Of a stretch of 64,000 bases of DNA, positions 1 to 9,732 are shown piece by piece. The position numbers and the translations under genes are program-made. The DNA is from an uncultured Gammaproteobacteria bacterium (GTDB lineage Bacteria; Patescibacteriota; Microgenomatia; UBA12405): contig CAZCYZ010000001.1 in the NCBI GenBank assembly GCA_964503465.1, positions 129,702 through 193,701 of the forward strand. The letters run 5' to 3'. The stretch's first letter is position 1, and each line of letters starts with the position of its first letter. The notes beneath the pieces were generated by a model that made no database searches, was not told the DNA's origin, and worked only from the letters and a program-made list of their open reading frames with translations.

Positions 1-1
1 T

Positions 2-217
2 CCCACTGGAACTCCCCAACCTACAAATACTCCAACTAACACTCCAATTCCAACTAACACTCCCACAAATCAGCCAACTTCAACCCCAATGCCAATCGTT
101 GAAGGCCCTAGTCCGACCAGGATTGTTCTCCCCAACGCTGGTATTAGTTTCCCTGGATCCAGTATGGTACTTTTTGGATCTATTGTGACCTTGCTTGGAT
201 TCTTGGTATTATTGTAG
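2..217 (+). CDS. C-terminal end of a Pro/Thr-rich secreted protein (5' part outside window) ending in an LPNAG sortase-type sorting signal plus hydrophobic tail
   Basis: The frame is open from the window edge to TAG at 215-217. It is absent from the ORF track because no start lies in the window. Own translation: PTGTPQPTNTPTNTPIPTNTPTNQPTSTPMPIVEGPSPTRIVLPNAGISFPGSSMVLFGSIVTLLGFLVLL. Confidence 0.55.
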   Translation, partial: PTGTPQPTNTPTNTPIPTNTPTNQPTSTPMPIVEGPSPTRIVLPNAGISFPGSSMVLFGSIVTLLGFLVLL

Positions 218-220
218 GTC

Positions 221-1132
221 ATGAAAATTATTGCTCTAATCGAGGCCCTACGCCCATTTCAGTGGATAAAAAATCTTAATCTATTTGCTGCTGCTATTCT
301 TAATGGCAAGCTCTTTGATCCACCAGTTTTTATTCAAAGTCTTATTGGTTTCTTGGTTTTTTCAGCACTATCATCTTCGTCATATTTGATCAATGATCTT
401 GTTGATATGGAACGGGACAAACTCCATCCCTTCAAGAAATTTCGTCCTTTAGCCAGGGGTGACGTTTCTCCAATTCAAGCAATCATTGTTTCATTTGGGT
501 TATTTTGTTTTGCCATTTTGGCTTCTCTTTATGTTAGTTTTGGTTTTTTCGTTCTTTCCCTTATTTTTATTATCATGCAATATTCTTATTCATTCGTATT
601 TAAACGTCGAGCCATTTTAGATATCATTGGCATTTCTCTCTTTTTTATCATTCGGGCTTTTGCTGGTGAAATTGCCACTGGTTACCATCTTCCTGTCTGG
701 ACTATGCTAACGGTTATTTTTCTCTCTCTTTTTATTGCCAGTGGTAAGCGTCGAAGTGAGCTGGTTAGAAGTGGCGTTAAAACTAGACAAGCACTCCAGG
801 GTTACGGTAAAAGTCTCCTTAACTTTTACACCACCATGTTTGCCGTCTGTACTTTGGTTACTTATGCTATGTACACTTTCTTTGCTGAACCTATTAGGTT
901 CCAGGGAATAATTCATCATTTCCTGTTAGATAATTTTCCTGCTGCCCTGGATCGTAAGTGGTATATGGTCACGTTGTTGCCGGTAATATTTGGCATCATG
1001 CGTTATGGCCAAATAATTTTTGAAATGGAAGAAGGGGAGAGGCCCGAACGTGTCGTTACCACCGATATTCCCCTGTTGATGTCAGTTCTTACTTGGGGGC
1101 TAATGATGATCACCATTATTTATGTTCTCTAG
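221..1132 (+). CDS. UbiA-superfamily prenyltransferase, decaprenyl-phosphate 5-phosphoribosyltransferase-like (Rv3806c-type)
   Basis: 303-aa polytopic protein. It has N-terminal LRPFQWIKN and the Asp-rich motif NDLVDMERDKLHPFKKFRPLARG, typical of UbiA enzymes. Both closely resemble the DPPR-synthase branch. The superfamily call is firm; the substrate call is inference. Confidence 0.8.
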   Translation: MKIIALIEALRPFQWIKNLNLFAAAILNGKLFDPPVFIQSLIGFLVFSALSSSSYLINDLVDMERDKLHPFKKFRPLARGDVSPIQAIIVSFGLFCFAILASLYVSFGFFVLSLIFIIMQYSYSFVFKRRAILDIIGISLFFIIRAFAGEIATGYHLPVWTMLTVIFLSLFIASGKRRSELVRSGVKTRQALQGYGKSLLNFYTTMFAVCTLVTYAMYTFFAEPIRFQGIIHHFLLDNFPAALDRKWYMVTLLPVIFGIMRYGQIIFEMEEGERPERVVTTDIPLLMSVLTWGLMMITIIYVL

Positions 1133-2648
1133 TATCGTTCTCTTTCTGTTAACCCTATTTACTCGTTTTTTTGGATTTAATTGGGGTAATGGTTTTTTCT
1201 TCCACCCAGACGAAAATAACATGGCCACAGCTATTACCCAGCTGTCTTGGCAAAACCTTAATCCTCACTTTTTTGCCTATGGCCAATTTCCGCTATATCT
1301 TGGTTATTTTTCCCTCAAAACACTTGGACTTGCCAACACCTTTTTCAATTCTGTTTATATTCTCCGTTTTTGGTCAGCTGTCTTTTCCTGTTTCTCTATT
1401 TTGTTTTTTTACCACATTTGTAGATCAAAAATTTTTACCTTGCTATTGGTCTTTACCCCGGGATTAATTCAGTTAGCTCATTTTGGAACCACTGAAAGTC
1501 TGTTGATCTTTGTCTTTGCTGTCAATCTCTATTTGAGCCAACTTATTATTCGCAGCCCCAAACCAAAATATTTTTTTTTGGCCTCTGTTGTTACCGGAAT
1601 CGGTCTGGCTACCAAAATCTCTGCAATTATATTTATTACTCCCGTTCTTCTGGCGACTCTGTTTAACAAAGATAAAAACAAGCTCCACCTCCTATTGTTT
1701 ACTATCTACTGTTTACTGTTCACCTTTCTCTTCTTTATTATTTTCTCTCCATATAACCTAATTGCTCATGCTGACTTCCTCTCATCTCTTCACTACGAGA
1801 CTCAAGTTGCCACTGGCAAATTACCAGTTTTCTACACTAATCAATTTCTTCACACCTCCCCATATTTTTTTCAATTGACCAAGATATTCCCCTACATTGC
1901 TGGTCTTCCGATGTTTATTTTCAGTTCCATAAGTTTTTGTCTTATTCTTAAGTCATATTTCATAGATCGCAAATCATTTAACAACTTAACTATCGTTTTA
2001 CTTTCTTGCCTAGTTTATTTTTTATATTTTGGCCAGGTCTATACCAAATGGACCCGTTTCATGTCCCCCATCTTTTTCATTTTTCCGTTCCTGACGACCG
2101 TCTTATTAGAAAAAATAAATAATATAAATAAAAAAAATATTTTTATTACTTATCTAAATAAGTTTATTATAGTTTTGTCAATTATTCCCGGCATTATGTT
2201 TATGAAGATCTATTTTCAACCCGATGTTCGTCTTATTGCCAGTCGATGGATGGTTCAAGCCATTCCTGCTAATTCGAAAATCCTCTCTGAAGCCGGTAAT
2301 GTAATCAATCTTCCTATAACTGACTTGCCCGCCGCAACCGACCATCAATTACAAGTCACCAATTTTGATTTCTACAACCTTGATACCAATACCAACCTTC
2401 AACCAAAATTGACTGACCAGATTGGTCAGTCTGATTACATTATCATCCCTTCTCGTCGAATTTTTAAAAATCAAAATAATTCCAATTTTCCTGTCTCTCA
2501 ACAATATTACCAACAGTTATTTTCCGGCCAACTCGGTTTTAGTCAAATTAAACAATTTTCTGTTTTTAATGACGAAAACGCCGAGGAAACCTGGTCAGTC
2601 TTCGATCACCCTGTAGTTAGAATTTTCCAAAGAAATTACTACGATTAA
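1122..2648 (+). CDS. polytopic membrane protein, GT-C fold glycosyltransferase-like (family 39/ArnT/PMT-like)
   Basis: 508 aa with more than 10 hydrophobic segments. An acidic motif FFFHPDENNM follows TM1, the position of the GT-C catalytic loop. It is a paralog of 4363-6063, sharing the HPDE motif, YGxFPLYL, ATKISA and a C-terminal FDHPxxxIF. Its start overlaps the upstream stop by 11 nt. Confidence 0.65.
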   Translation: MFSSIVLFLLTLFTRFFGFNWGNGFFFHPDENNMATAITQLSWQNLNPHFFAYGQFPLYLGYFSLKTLGLANTFFNSVYILRFWSAVFSCFSILFFYHICRSKIFTLLLVFTPGLIQLAHFGTTESLLIFVFAVNLYLSQLIIRSPKPKYFFLASVVTGIGLATKISAIIFITPVLLATLFNKDKNKLHLLLFTIYCLLFTFLFFIIFSPYNLIAHADFLSSLHYETQVATGKLPVFYTNQFLHTSPYFFQLTKIFPYIAGLPMFIFSSISFCLILKSYFIDRKSFNNLTIVLLSCLVYFLYFGQVYTKWTRFMSPIFFIFPFLTTVLLEKINNINKKNIFITYLNKFIIVLSIIPGIMFMKIYFQPDVRLIASRWMVQAIPANSKILSEAGNVINLPITDLPAATDHQLQVTNFDFYNLDTNTNLQPKLTDQIGQSDYIIIPSRRIFKNQNNSNFPVSQQYYQQLFSGQLGFSQIKQFSVFNDENAEETWSVFDHPVVRIFQRNYYD

Positions 2649-2656
2649 TTCACCCT

Positions 2657-4366
2657 ATGGTTAAACTAATTCACCAATTTCCACTGACGATTATTGGTGT
2701 CATTCTCTCTATCGTCTCCTTTGCCATCTCTTCTCCTACGCTTGGGTTAAACCAACTAGCTTTTTGCTATTTTCTGTTGTCAATATTACTGATCTTTTTT
2801 GATTATGTTCGAGCGCATGTCACCATTCGGCAGTTGTCAATACCAACTCGGTTGTTTTGGTTCGTCCTTGCCCTAGCTTTTGTATCCAGACTCTCTTTAC
2901 TTACCAGTTACCCTTTTGTTTCAGTTGGTGACCAGCTTCGTGATGGTGGTCTAGACGCCCAAAAAATTGTCAACCAGGAAATTTCAAATCTTTTCGAGTC
3001 TGGAGCTTACAATGCTCATGGACTAATCATTCCCTGGTTCTCCAGTTTGTTCTATCTCTTTATCGGTCCCTCAGTTCTAGTTTATCGAATTCCTGCTGCT
3101 CTTATTTCAATTCTTGACATTATTGCTATTTTTATTTTTGTCAAGTCAATTAAAGGTACCTGGTCAGCATTCTTTAGTAGTCTTGTCTTAATAGTCCTCC
3201 CCCTCCATCTTTTTTACGGCCGGACTGAATTAGTTGTTATTTTTAGTAGTCTGATGGCCACACTCACCCTTTTCACCGTCTATCATTTCTTTGCTCGGCC
3301 AGGTTATCCACTTTACATTCTCTTGGGATTAATAATTGGTTTCTCCTGGAATTTTCATGGCGGAGTCAAGGCCTTCACTATTCTTGTTGCTATTTTTGTG
3401 GTAACCAGAGACCTAATAACCATCGTTACTAAATTGTTATCTAAACAGTCAATTAAAAGTAATCTAATTGGGTTAACTCTATTGGCTGGTTTTCTTATCA
3501 TTGGCTTTGGGCCCAAAATTATTTTTACTAACCAACAGGGATTTGTCCATGCCTCTCGCTTTAACTCCAATAATCTAAGTTTAAATACTCTCACTAATAA
3601 TTATCTTAAGTCCCTTATGGTTTATTTTTATGAGCCAACCAATAGTTGGTATCCTGACCATCAGCCCATTTTGGTACCAATATTTGCCCTGTTCTTCCTC
3701 CTTGGCATCGGCAAAATCATCTTTCTTTCCAAAAATATTTTTGATTGGTTTCTGATATATCTGATTTCTTTAACCCCTTTTACTAACAGTACTATTACCG
3801 ACATCCTCAATGCCGACCACCGCCTGGTTCCTCTACTCCCCGTAATAGTTATCATTATTGGGATAGGAATTGATTATATTCTTGATTCCATTAGTACTAC
3901 TTCTCTCAAGCGTATTTCTACTATTACCCTGTCACTTTACATAATACTAGTCGGGATTCATTTTTTTATCAAGCGACCTGCCGACATTAATGACTATGTC
4001 AATCAAAAACAGGACCTAAAGGATTACCTGTCAATGCATCTTATTTATTTTCTTCGGTCCCAACCTTCGTTTACTATCTCCCCGAACCTTTGCATTTCTG
4101 CACCACCAGCTAACTATCCGAACTATATCTTGACCCACTACCAAGAGCAATATCAGTATTTTTTTCCTCACACGGTGGTCGGAGTAGAAGAAAATCCCAC
4201 TCTTACTGATAGTGAAATAATGATTACTCCTTCCGCTTGTTCATCATTATCCCCCAGTCCAAAAGACTATCAAATTTCCCAAATAGACTGTTCCAGGGAT
4301 AATTTTTTCACTTGTCCGCACGACTATTTAGGTAAAATGAAAATTTATTACCCTTTGTCATTATGA
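2657..4366 (+). CDS. polytopic membrane protein, probable GT-C glycosyltransferase (ArnT/PMT-like)
   Basis: 569 aa with many TM segments and a large C-terminal non-membrane domain. It lies between two clearer GT-C paralogs. Its stop overlaps the next start (ATGA). Confidence 0.5.
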   Translation: MVKLIHQFPLTIIGVILSIVSFAISSPTLGLNQLAFCYFLLSILLIFFDYVRAHVTIRQLSIPTRLFWFVLALAFVSRLSLLTSYPFVSVGDQLRDGGLDAQKIVNQEISNLFESGAYNAHGLIIPWFSSLFYLFIGPSVLVYRIPAALISILDIIAIFIFVKSIKGTWSAFFSSLVLIVLPLHLFYGRTELVVIFSSLMATLTLFTVYHFFARPGYPLYILLGLIIGFSWNFHGGVKAFTILVAIFVVTRDLITIVTKLLSKQSIKSNLIGLTLLAGFLIIGFGPKIIFTNQQGFVHASRFNSNNLSLNTLTNNYLKSLMVYFYEPTNSWYPDHQPILVPIFALFFLLGIGKIIFLSKNIFDWFLIYLISLTPFTNSTITDILNADHRLVPLLPVIVIIIGIGIDYILDSISTTSLKRISTITLSLYIILVGIHFFIKRPADINDYVNQKQDLKDYLSMHLIYFLRSQPSFTISPNLCISAPPANYPNYILTHYQEQYQYFFPHTVVGVEENPTLTDSEIMITPSACSSLSPSPKDYQISQIDCSRDNFFTCPHDYLGKMKIYYPLSL

Positions 4367-6063
4367 AAAAATTATCCAAAAATTATTTGACGACTATATT
4401 CATTTTCTTCGTGGTGTTGCTAGTCAGATTCTACGGCCTTAATTGGGACCAAGGTTATCATCTCCACCCAGACGAAAGAATGATATCTATGGTAGTTGAT
4501 AAAATTAAACTACCCCAAAGCTCAAACATTGGTCAAATATTTTCCCCCGATTCTAGTCTCAACCCGAAATTTTTTGCCTACGGTTCATTCCCCATCTACC
4601 TACTCAAAACGGTCTCTTCCATTTTTCCCTCCAATTCCCCCTACTCCCAGTATCAAGCCAATAATCTACTTGGTCGGGGCCTGTCAGCTATAGCCGATTC
4701 GGTTTCGGTCGTTCTAATCTACAAAATAGGGCAATTACTTTTCACTTCCCAAGTTGGTATTTTAGCCTCTTTAATTTATGGTTTTGCCGTTCTTCCATTC
4801 CAACTATCGCACTTTTACGCCGTCGACACTCTTTTAAATTGTTTTATTTTATTTACCATTTATCAACTTTGCCAACTCTACCTTCATCGTCGTCCTCTTA
4901 ATGCAATCTTGACCGGTATAGCATTTGGGCTATCTTTAGCTACCAAAATCAGTGCTACTGTTCTACTGGCATCTATTGGAGCCACCTTCTTAGTTGAGTT
5001 TTTACTCTACCTTGTCAAAAAAAATCCCAAACCATCACTCACCTCACTCCAAAATAACACTCTTCTCTTGCTACTAGTATTTCTCGTCACCTTTACCACT
5101 TTCTTCATTTGTCAGCCATTTGCTTTTTTTGACTTTCCAACCTTTTGGAACCAAATTAATGAACAAAAAGCCATGACTCGAAACGCTTTTGTTTTTCCCT
5201 ATACTCTTCAATACGTCTTTACCCCCCCATATGTTTATCAGCTTAAAAATATTTTCTTATGGGGATTTGGACCCATAGCCACAATTTTTGGGCTGTTAGG
5301 ATTTGTTCTCTCTTTAATTAAACTAATTAAAAATCTTTTTATTCCTGGCAATGACACCAAAGAGGGACTACTCCTAATAGTTTTTACCTTTTGCCTTGGC
5401 TATTTTCTTGTTGTTGGCTCCTTTGCGATTAAATTTGTGCGTTACTGTCTTCCGCTTTATCCATTTTTAGCTATCTTTGCCGCTTGGACTATTTTTTCTG
5501 CCCCATCAATTATTATTAAGAAAATCCTTCTAGTAATACTCATGCTATTTCAGCTTAGCTGGTTTTTGGCCTTTACCCATATTTACTCTCTCCCCAACAC
5601 CCGAGTCGAAGCCAGTAATTGGATTAACCAAAATATTCCCAAAGGTAGTCTTATCCTTCGAGAACATTGGGACGATGGTTTACCGCTTTTTGATTCCAGG
5701 CAATTTCGATATCAAGATCTAGCTCTTTACGACTCCGATCTTAATCCCAACAAATGGGCCCAAATTCAATCACAGCTAACTCAAGCCAATTATCTTATAG
5801 TTGCTAGTAATCGTCTTTATACTCCTCTTTTAAAGTTAACAAATTGTGAAGTTCTCCCGCCAGGAAAATGTTACCGCCAAACTGCTCAATACTACCAAGA
5901 TCTTTTTTCAGGTAAGCTGGGTTATCAACTAGTTGCTGAATTTGCTAGATTCCCAAGTTTTCTTGGAGTTGATATAAATGATCAATCAGCCGACGAATCC
6001 TTTACCGTCTACGACCACCCCAAAATAATGATTTTTAGGAACACTCAACAATCACATGAATAA
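4363..6063 (+). CDS. polytopic membrane protein, GT-C fold glycosyltransferase-like (paralog of 1122-2648)
   Basis: 566 aa. It has the motif YHLHPDERMI after TM1, then FAYGSFPIYL and LATKISAT, and a C-terminal YDHPKIMIFRN that parallels the 1122-2648 protein. Confidence 0.65.
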   Translation: MKKLSKNYLTTIFIFFVVLLVRFYGLNWDQGYHLHPDERMISMVVDKIKLPQSSNIGQIFSPDSSLNPKFFAYGSFPIYLLKTVSSIFPSNSPYSQYQANNLLGRGLSAIADSVSVVLIYKIGQLLFTSQVGILASLIYGFAVLPFQLSHFYAVDTLLNCFILFTIYQLCQLYLHRRPLNAILTGIAFGLSLATKISATVLLASIGATFLVEFLLYLVKKNPKPSLTSLQNNTLLLLLVFLVTFTTFFICQPFAFFDFPTFWNQINEQKAMTRNAFVFPYTLQYVFTPPYVYQLKNIFLWGFGPIATIFGLLGFVLSLIKLIKNLFIPGNDTKEGLLLIVFTFCLGYFLVVGSFAIKFVRYCLPLYPFLAIFAAWTIFSAPSIIIKKILLVILMLFQLSWFLAFTHIYSLPNTRVEASNWINQNIPKGSLILREHWDDGLPLFDSRQFRYQDLALYDSDLNPNKWAQIQSQLTQANYLIVASNRLYTPLLKLTNCEVLPPGKCYRQTAQYYQDLFSGKLGYQLVAEFARFPSFLGVDINDQSADESFTVYDHPKIMIFRNTQQSHE

Positions 6064-7111
6064 CAATATCTATATTCAACCAATTTCTCCTTCCACTGTT
6101 ATTTCTGACTATCAAAAGCTTCTTGCCAAGCTTCCTAAACCACAAAACACCCCAACCGTCATTAAATTGAATCTATCATGGACTAAGTTTTATCCAGCTG
6201 TTTCAACTCCACCTTGGCACTTTGATGCCATTCTAAAGTGGCTGATTGATTCCGGAGTTTCCCCCTCAAATATTATTCCAGTTGAGAACCGTACTGTTGT
6301 CACTAAGGTCGAAATTGGTGCCCGAAATCATGGTTGGACCAAAATTGCCAAAAAATACGACGTTAAGCTTCACTACCTCACCAAAGAAAAATACATTGAA
6401 TACCGTCCCAAGTCAAAAATGTTAGTTCTTGACCAAATTTTCCCTGACGGAATTCTTCTCCCGGAAGTAATAATGGATAAACCCCTTATTACTCTGTGCA
6501 CACTTAAGTCTCACGTGTTTACCACCATCACCGGTGCTATCAAAAATTATTTTGGCATGCTTAATACCAATCGTCATTTTTGTCATCGCCGTATTCACCA
6601 AACTATCATTGATCTTCTTCAGATCCAGCGGGAACTCCATCCCCAAATCTTTGCCGTGATGGATGGTAGTGTTCTTGGTTTTGGGCCTGGCCCTAGGGCC
6701 ATGGAGTGGGAGCCAGCCAACCTTGCCCTGGCCAGTTGCGATGAAGTTGCTCTTGATGCCACTGCCGCCAGAATCATTGGTTTTGATCCCAGTCAAATAG
6801 AATTCATCAAGTTAGGGCACAAAATGAAACTGGGCAATATGAACCCTACCTATTCACATTCCTTGCCAAATTTTCACCACTCCGTTCGCAAAGATACTTT
6901 CGCCTCCCGCGGGCAAAAATTTATTTATCACCATCTCCCTGAATGGTTTGAAAAACTAATTCTTCGAAGCCCTATTGCTCCTTGGTCATACGCCGCCTCA
7001 AACCTTTACCATGATGGTTACTGGTACAATTTTGTTGGCAAAAATCGATTGAGTGCTTATCTTCGGTCTGATTGGGGCAAACTGTTTAAAAATTACGTTC
7101 CTCGTGATTAG
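6056..7111 (+). CDS. DUF362-like protein (function unknown)
   Basis: 351-aa soluble protein. The N-terminal pattern TVIKLNLSW...PPWHFDAILKWLIDSG and its overall layout resemble DUF362. This was recognised by eye only. It overlaps the upstream gene by 8 nt. Confidence 0.55.
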   Translation: MNNNIYIQPISPSTVISDYQKLLAKLPKPQNTPTVIKLNLSWTKFYPAVSTPPWHFDAILKWLIDSGVSPSNIIPVENRTVVTKVEIGARNHGWTKIAKKYDVKLHYLTKEKYIEYRPKSKMLVLDQIFPDGILLPEVIMDKPLITLCTLKSHVFTTITGAIKNYFGMLNTNRHFCHRRIHQTIIDLLQIQRELHPQIFAVMDGSVLGFGPGPRAMEWEPANLALASCDEVALDATAARIIGFDPSQIEFIKLGHKMKLGNMNPTYSHSLPNFHHSVRKDTFASRGQKFIYHHLPEWFEKLILRSPIAPWSYAASNLYHDGYWYNFVGKNRLSAYLRSDWGKLFKNYVPRD

Positions 7112-7670
7112 GAAGTTACTATTCTGGCAGCCTTCCATCGATTGTTATCGTCTACTTTCCCAACATCGTTACGGCCAATCCTTCTTAGTGGCCACCAACT
7201 ATTTAATTTGGTTTTTCCTTTTCTTTGTTTCTTATTTGCTAATAAAGCAAAATACCAACGTTTTTTGGCAACTGCTCCTGGCCACCATTACTAGTGAAGT
7301 CATTGAGAAAATAGTTAAAGTCAAAAACCTATGGAAAAGACCAGCTTTTGCCAATGGTAACCAGATCCCTAATGGTTTTATTAAGTCCTGGTACCTCAAG
7401 GGCTCTTTTCCTTCTGGTCATACCATCAAAGCCGTTTTCTTTCTGTTGTTCATCCTTCAATATTCAGTCATATCCCCATTTGTCTATTTGGCTGTCGTTG
7501 TTCCCTTGTTATTAATCAGGGTTATTTGTGGTTTTCATTATCCCGTTGACATTCTTGGTGGGGGTATAATTGGTGGTTTAATTTGGGTCATGTTCAATCA
7601 CATTTACGCCCCCGAATGGCTAAATCAGATTATTTCCCAAATTTTTAATTTCGTTTTTTTTATCAAATAG
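7053..7670 (+). CDS. PAP2-family lipid phosphatase (start uncertain; a GTG at 7104 would avoid most of the overlap with the upstream gene)
   Basis: It carries the PAP2 signature motifs KxxxxRP-like (LWKRPAF), SFPSGHT and FHYPVDILGG, plus several TM helices. Confidence 0.8.
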   Translation: MLIFGLIGANCLKITFLVIRKLLFWQPSIDCYRLLSQHRYGQSFLVATNYLIWFFLFFVSYLLIKQNTNVFWQLLLATITSEVIEKIVKVKNLWKRPAFANGNQIPNGFIKSWYLKGSFPSGHTIKAVFFLLFILQYSVISPFVYLAVVVPLLLIRVICGFHYPVDILGGGIIGGLIWVMFNHIYAPEWLNQIISQIFNFVFFIK

Positions 7671-7674
7671 TCTC

Positions 7675-9732
7675 TTGACTATGTTTTCTGATCTAAAGTT
7701 TATTATTCTCTGGTGGTTTGTTATTTTAACTTGCGGCCTAGCCGTACTTCCTCTTACTCTTCGCCTGTTCTCCAAATTTTGGGATCGGGGATATGTTTTC
7801 GCCAAAATTATTTCTCTAGGATTGACAACATACCTCGTTCTAGTTCTTGGAATTTTTAAAGTTCTACCCTTCACCATTCCGGTTATTCTAGCTGTGTTGA
7901 TCGTTCTAGCTGCTGCCAGTTACAAACTCAATCCCCATTTTTTTGATGATTTACAAAAGAAATATCCGATTTTCGTCATCGAAGAACTGGTCTTTTTACT
8001 AATACTCATTGCTTGGTCTTATATTCGTGGTTTTGCCCCCGATATAGAAGGTCTCGAAAAGTACATGGACTGGGGTTTTATTAATTCTATGCTCCGGACC
8101 AAGTTTCTTCCGCCCATTGACATGTGGTTTGCCAGTGAGCCCATTAATTATTATTATTTTGGCCATCTAATTTTTGCCCTGATCACCAAGCTTTCTAATA
8201 TTCCTTCGGCTATTACTTACAATCTTTCCATCGCCACCGTCTGTTCATTAACTTTCGTTTCCACTTTTTCCTTGGCCTCAAATCTTGTCTCTTCTACCCT
8301 CAAAAAGCCCCGAGTTAAAACTATTATTGTCGCCGGTCTCATCTCCGCTATTATTCTTACATTTGGTGGCAATCTCCATGCTGTTTACAAGATTATCAAA
8401 ATCAATATCAACGATAACGGTCGTTTGACGTTAACTCCCGAGGCCATTACCAAATCCGCTCATGCATATTGGTATCCCGACGCTACTCGGTTTATTGGTT
8501 TTGATCCAGACATCAAAGATAAAACTATTCATGAATTTCCTCTCTATAGCTTTGTAGTTGCCGATCTTCATGGCCACATGAACGACATTCCGGTTATCCT
8601 ATTTTTTATTGCCTTTCTGTTTTCAAGTTTCATTAGTTTTCCTAGTGTCAAAAACCTCTTTAATTGGTTTCTAATTATTCCCTCCGCCCTCACCCTTTCA
8701 ATTGCCTACATGACCAATGCCTGGGATTTTGCTGTTTACGGCCTCCTTTTTGCTATTTCTCACTTTCTTATCTACTTTCAATCTACTCGTCATAAATTAT
8801 TTGAAACTGTCATCAAAACTTTTGTCAACGGAGTTGCAGTTATCATCTTTTGGTATCTATTTACCTTGCCTTTCTCCCTCAATTTCGTTCCCATGGCCCA
8901 AGGTTTAATGCTTTCTGACTCTCGCTCACCCTTTTATCAATTGTTTATTCTTTACGGTGGTTTTTGGCTTATTTGCTTGCCTTTTTTGTTCATTTTTTTG
9001 CAAAAGAACCAAAAGTTTCAAACGGCCGACCATTTTGTCCTTGCCCTGATAATCACCGCCACCATTCTCATTATCATCCCTGAGATTGGTTATCTAAAAG
9101 ACATCTATATCTATGAACATCGTCGAGCCAACACCATGTTTAAACTCGTTTACCAGGCATTTATCATGTACTCTCTCTGTTCAGGTTATATCCTAATTCG
9201 TTTATCAAAACATTTACTCTATCGCATATTATTTGTCATTATCTTTGTCTGTCACCTTCTTTACCCCTATTTTGCCATTCGTTCTTATTATGGTTTTCGC
9301 CAATACCGAGGCCTTTGGGGTTTAAATTATCTTCAAAATCTTTATCCTGACAGCTTGGCTGCTGTTGATTGGCTCAACGCCAATGTTACTGGTCAGCCGG
9401 TAATCCTTGAAGCAGTAGGGGACAGCTACACTACTTTTAATCATGTTTCATCGGCCACTGGTCTGCCCACTATTGAAGGGTGGGTAGTTCATGAATGGCT
9501 CTGGCGTGGCGGTTACGACCAGCCCGGAGCCAGATCGGCTGAAGTCCAAAAGATATATGAATCGACCAACCTTACCGAAGTTCAACAGTTGCTTCAAAAG
9601 TATAATGTCGAATATGTTATTGTTGGTCCCAAAGAGGTTGAGAAATATAAAGACCTTAAAGAAGACAACTTACTAAACCTGGGGGCAAAAGTTGTCTTTC
9701 AAACCGGTCAAACCAAAGTTTATCGACTTTAA
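7675..9732 (+). CDS. DUF2298 / YYY-motif polytopic membrane protein (likely ATG start at 7681)
   Basis: 685 aa with more than 12 TM segments. The hallmark motif EPINYYYFGH is present, and there is a C-terminal soluble domain. The track start at 7675 is TTG; an ATG follows two codons later. Confidence 0.75.
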   Translation: MTMFSDLKFIILWWFVILTCGLAVLPLTLRLFSKFWDRGYVFAKIISLGLTTYLVLVLGIFKVLPFTIPVILAVLIVLAAASYKLNPHFFDDLQKKYPIFVIEELVFLLILIAWSYIRGFAPDIEGLEKYMDWGFINSMLRTKFLPPIDMWFASEPINYYYFGHLIFALITKLSNIPSAITYNLSIATVCSLTFVSTFSLASNLVSSTLKKPRVKTIIVAGLISAIILTFGGNLHAVYKIIKININDNGRLTLTPEAITKSAHAYWYPDATRFIGFDPDIKDKTIHEFPLYSFVVADLHGHMNDIPVILFFIAFLFSSFISFPSVKNLFNWFLIIPSALTLSIAYMTNAWDFAVYGLLFAISHFLIYFQSTRHKLFETVIKTFVNGVAVIIFWYLFTLPFSLNFVPMAQGLMLSDSRSPFYQLFILYGGFWLICLPFLFIFLQKNQKFQTADHFVLALIITATILIIIPEIGYLKDIYIYEHRRANTMFKLVYQAFIMYSLCSGYILIRLSKHLLYRILFVIIFVCHLLYPYFAIRSYYGFRQYRGLWGLNYLQNLYPDSLAAVDWLNANVTGQPVILEAVGDSYTTFNHVSSATGLPTIEGWVVHEWLWRGGYDQPGARSAEVQKIYESTNLTEVQQLLQKYNVEYVIVGPKEVEKYKDLKEDNLLNLGAKVVFQTGQTKVYRL

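Noticed and set aside
2101-2170. Very AT-rich patch inside the first GT-C gene as a possible insertion scar or promoter
   Set aside because: It stays in frame, encoding a Lys/Asn/Ile-rich loop (EKINNINKKNIFITYLNKF) between TM segments. This is ordinary low-complexity loop sequence.
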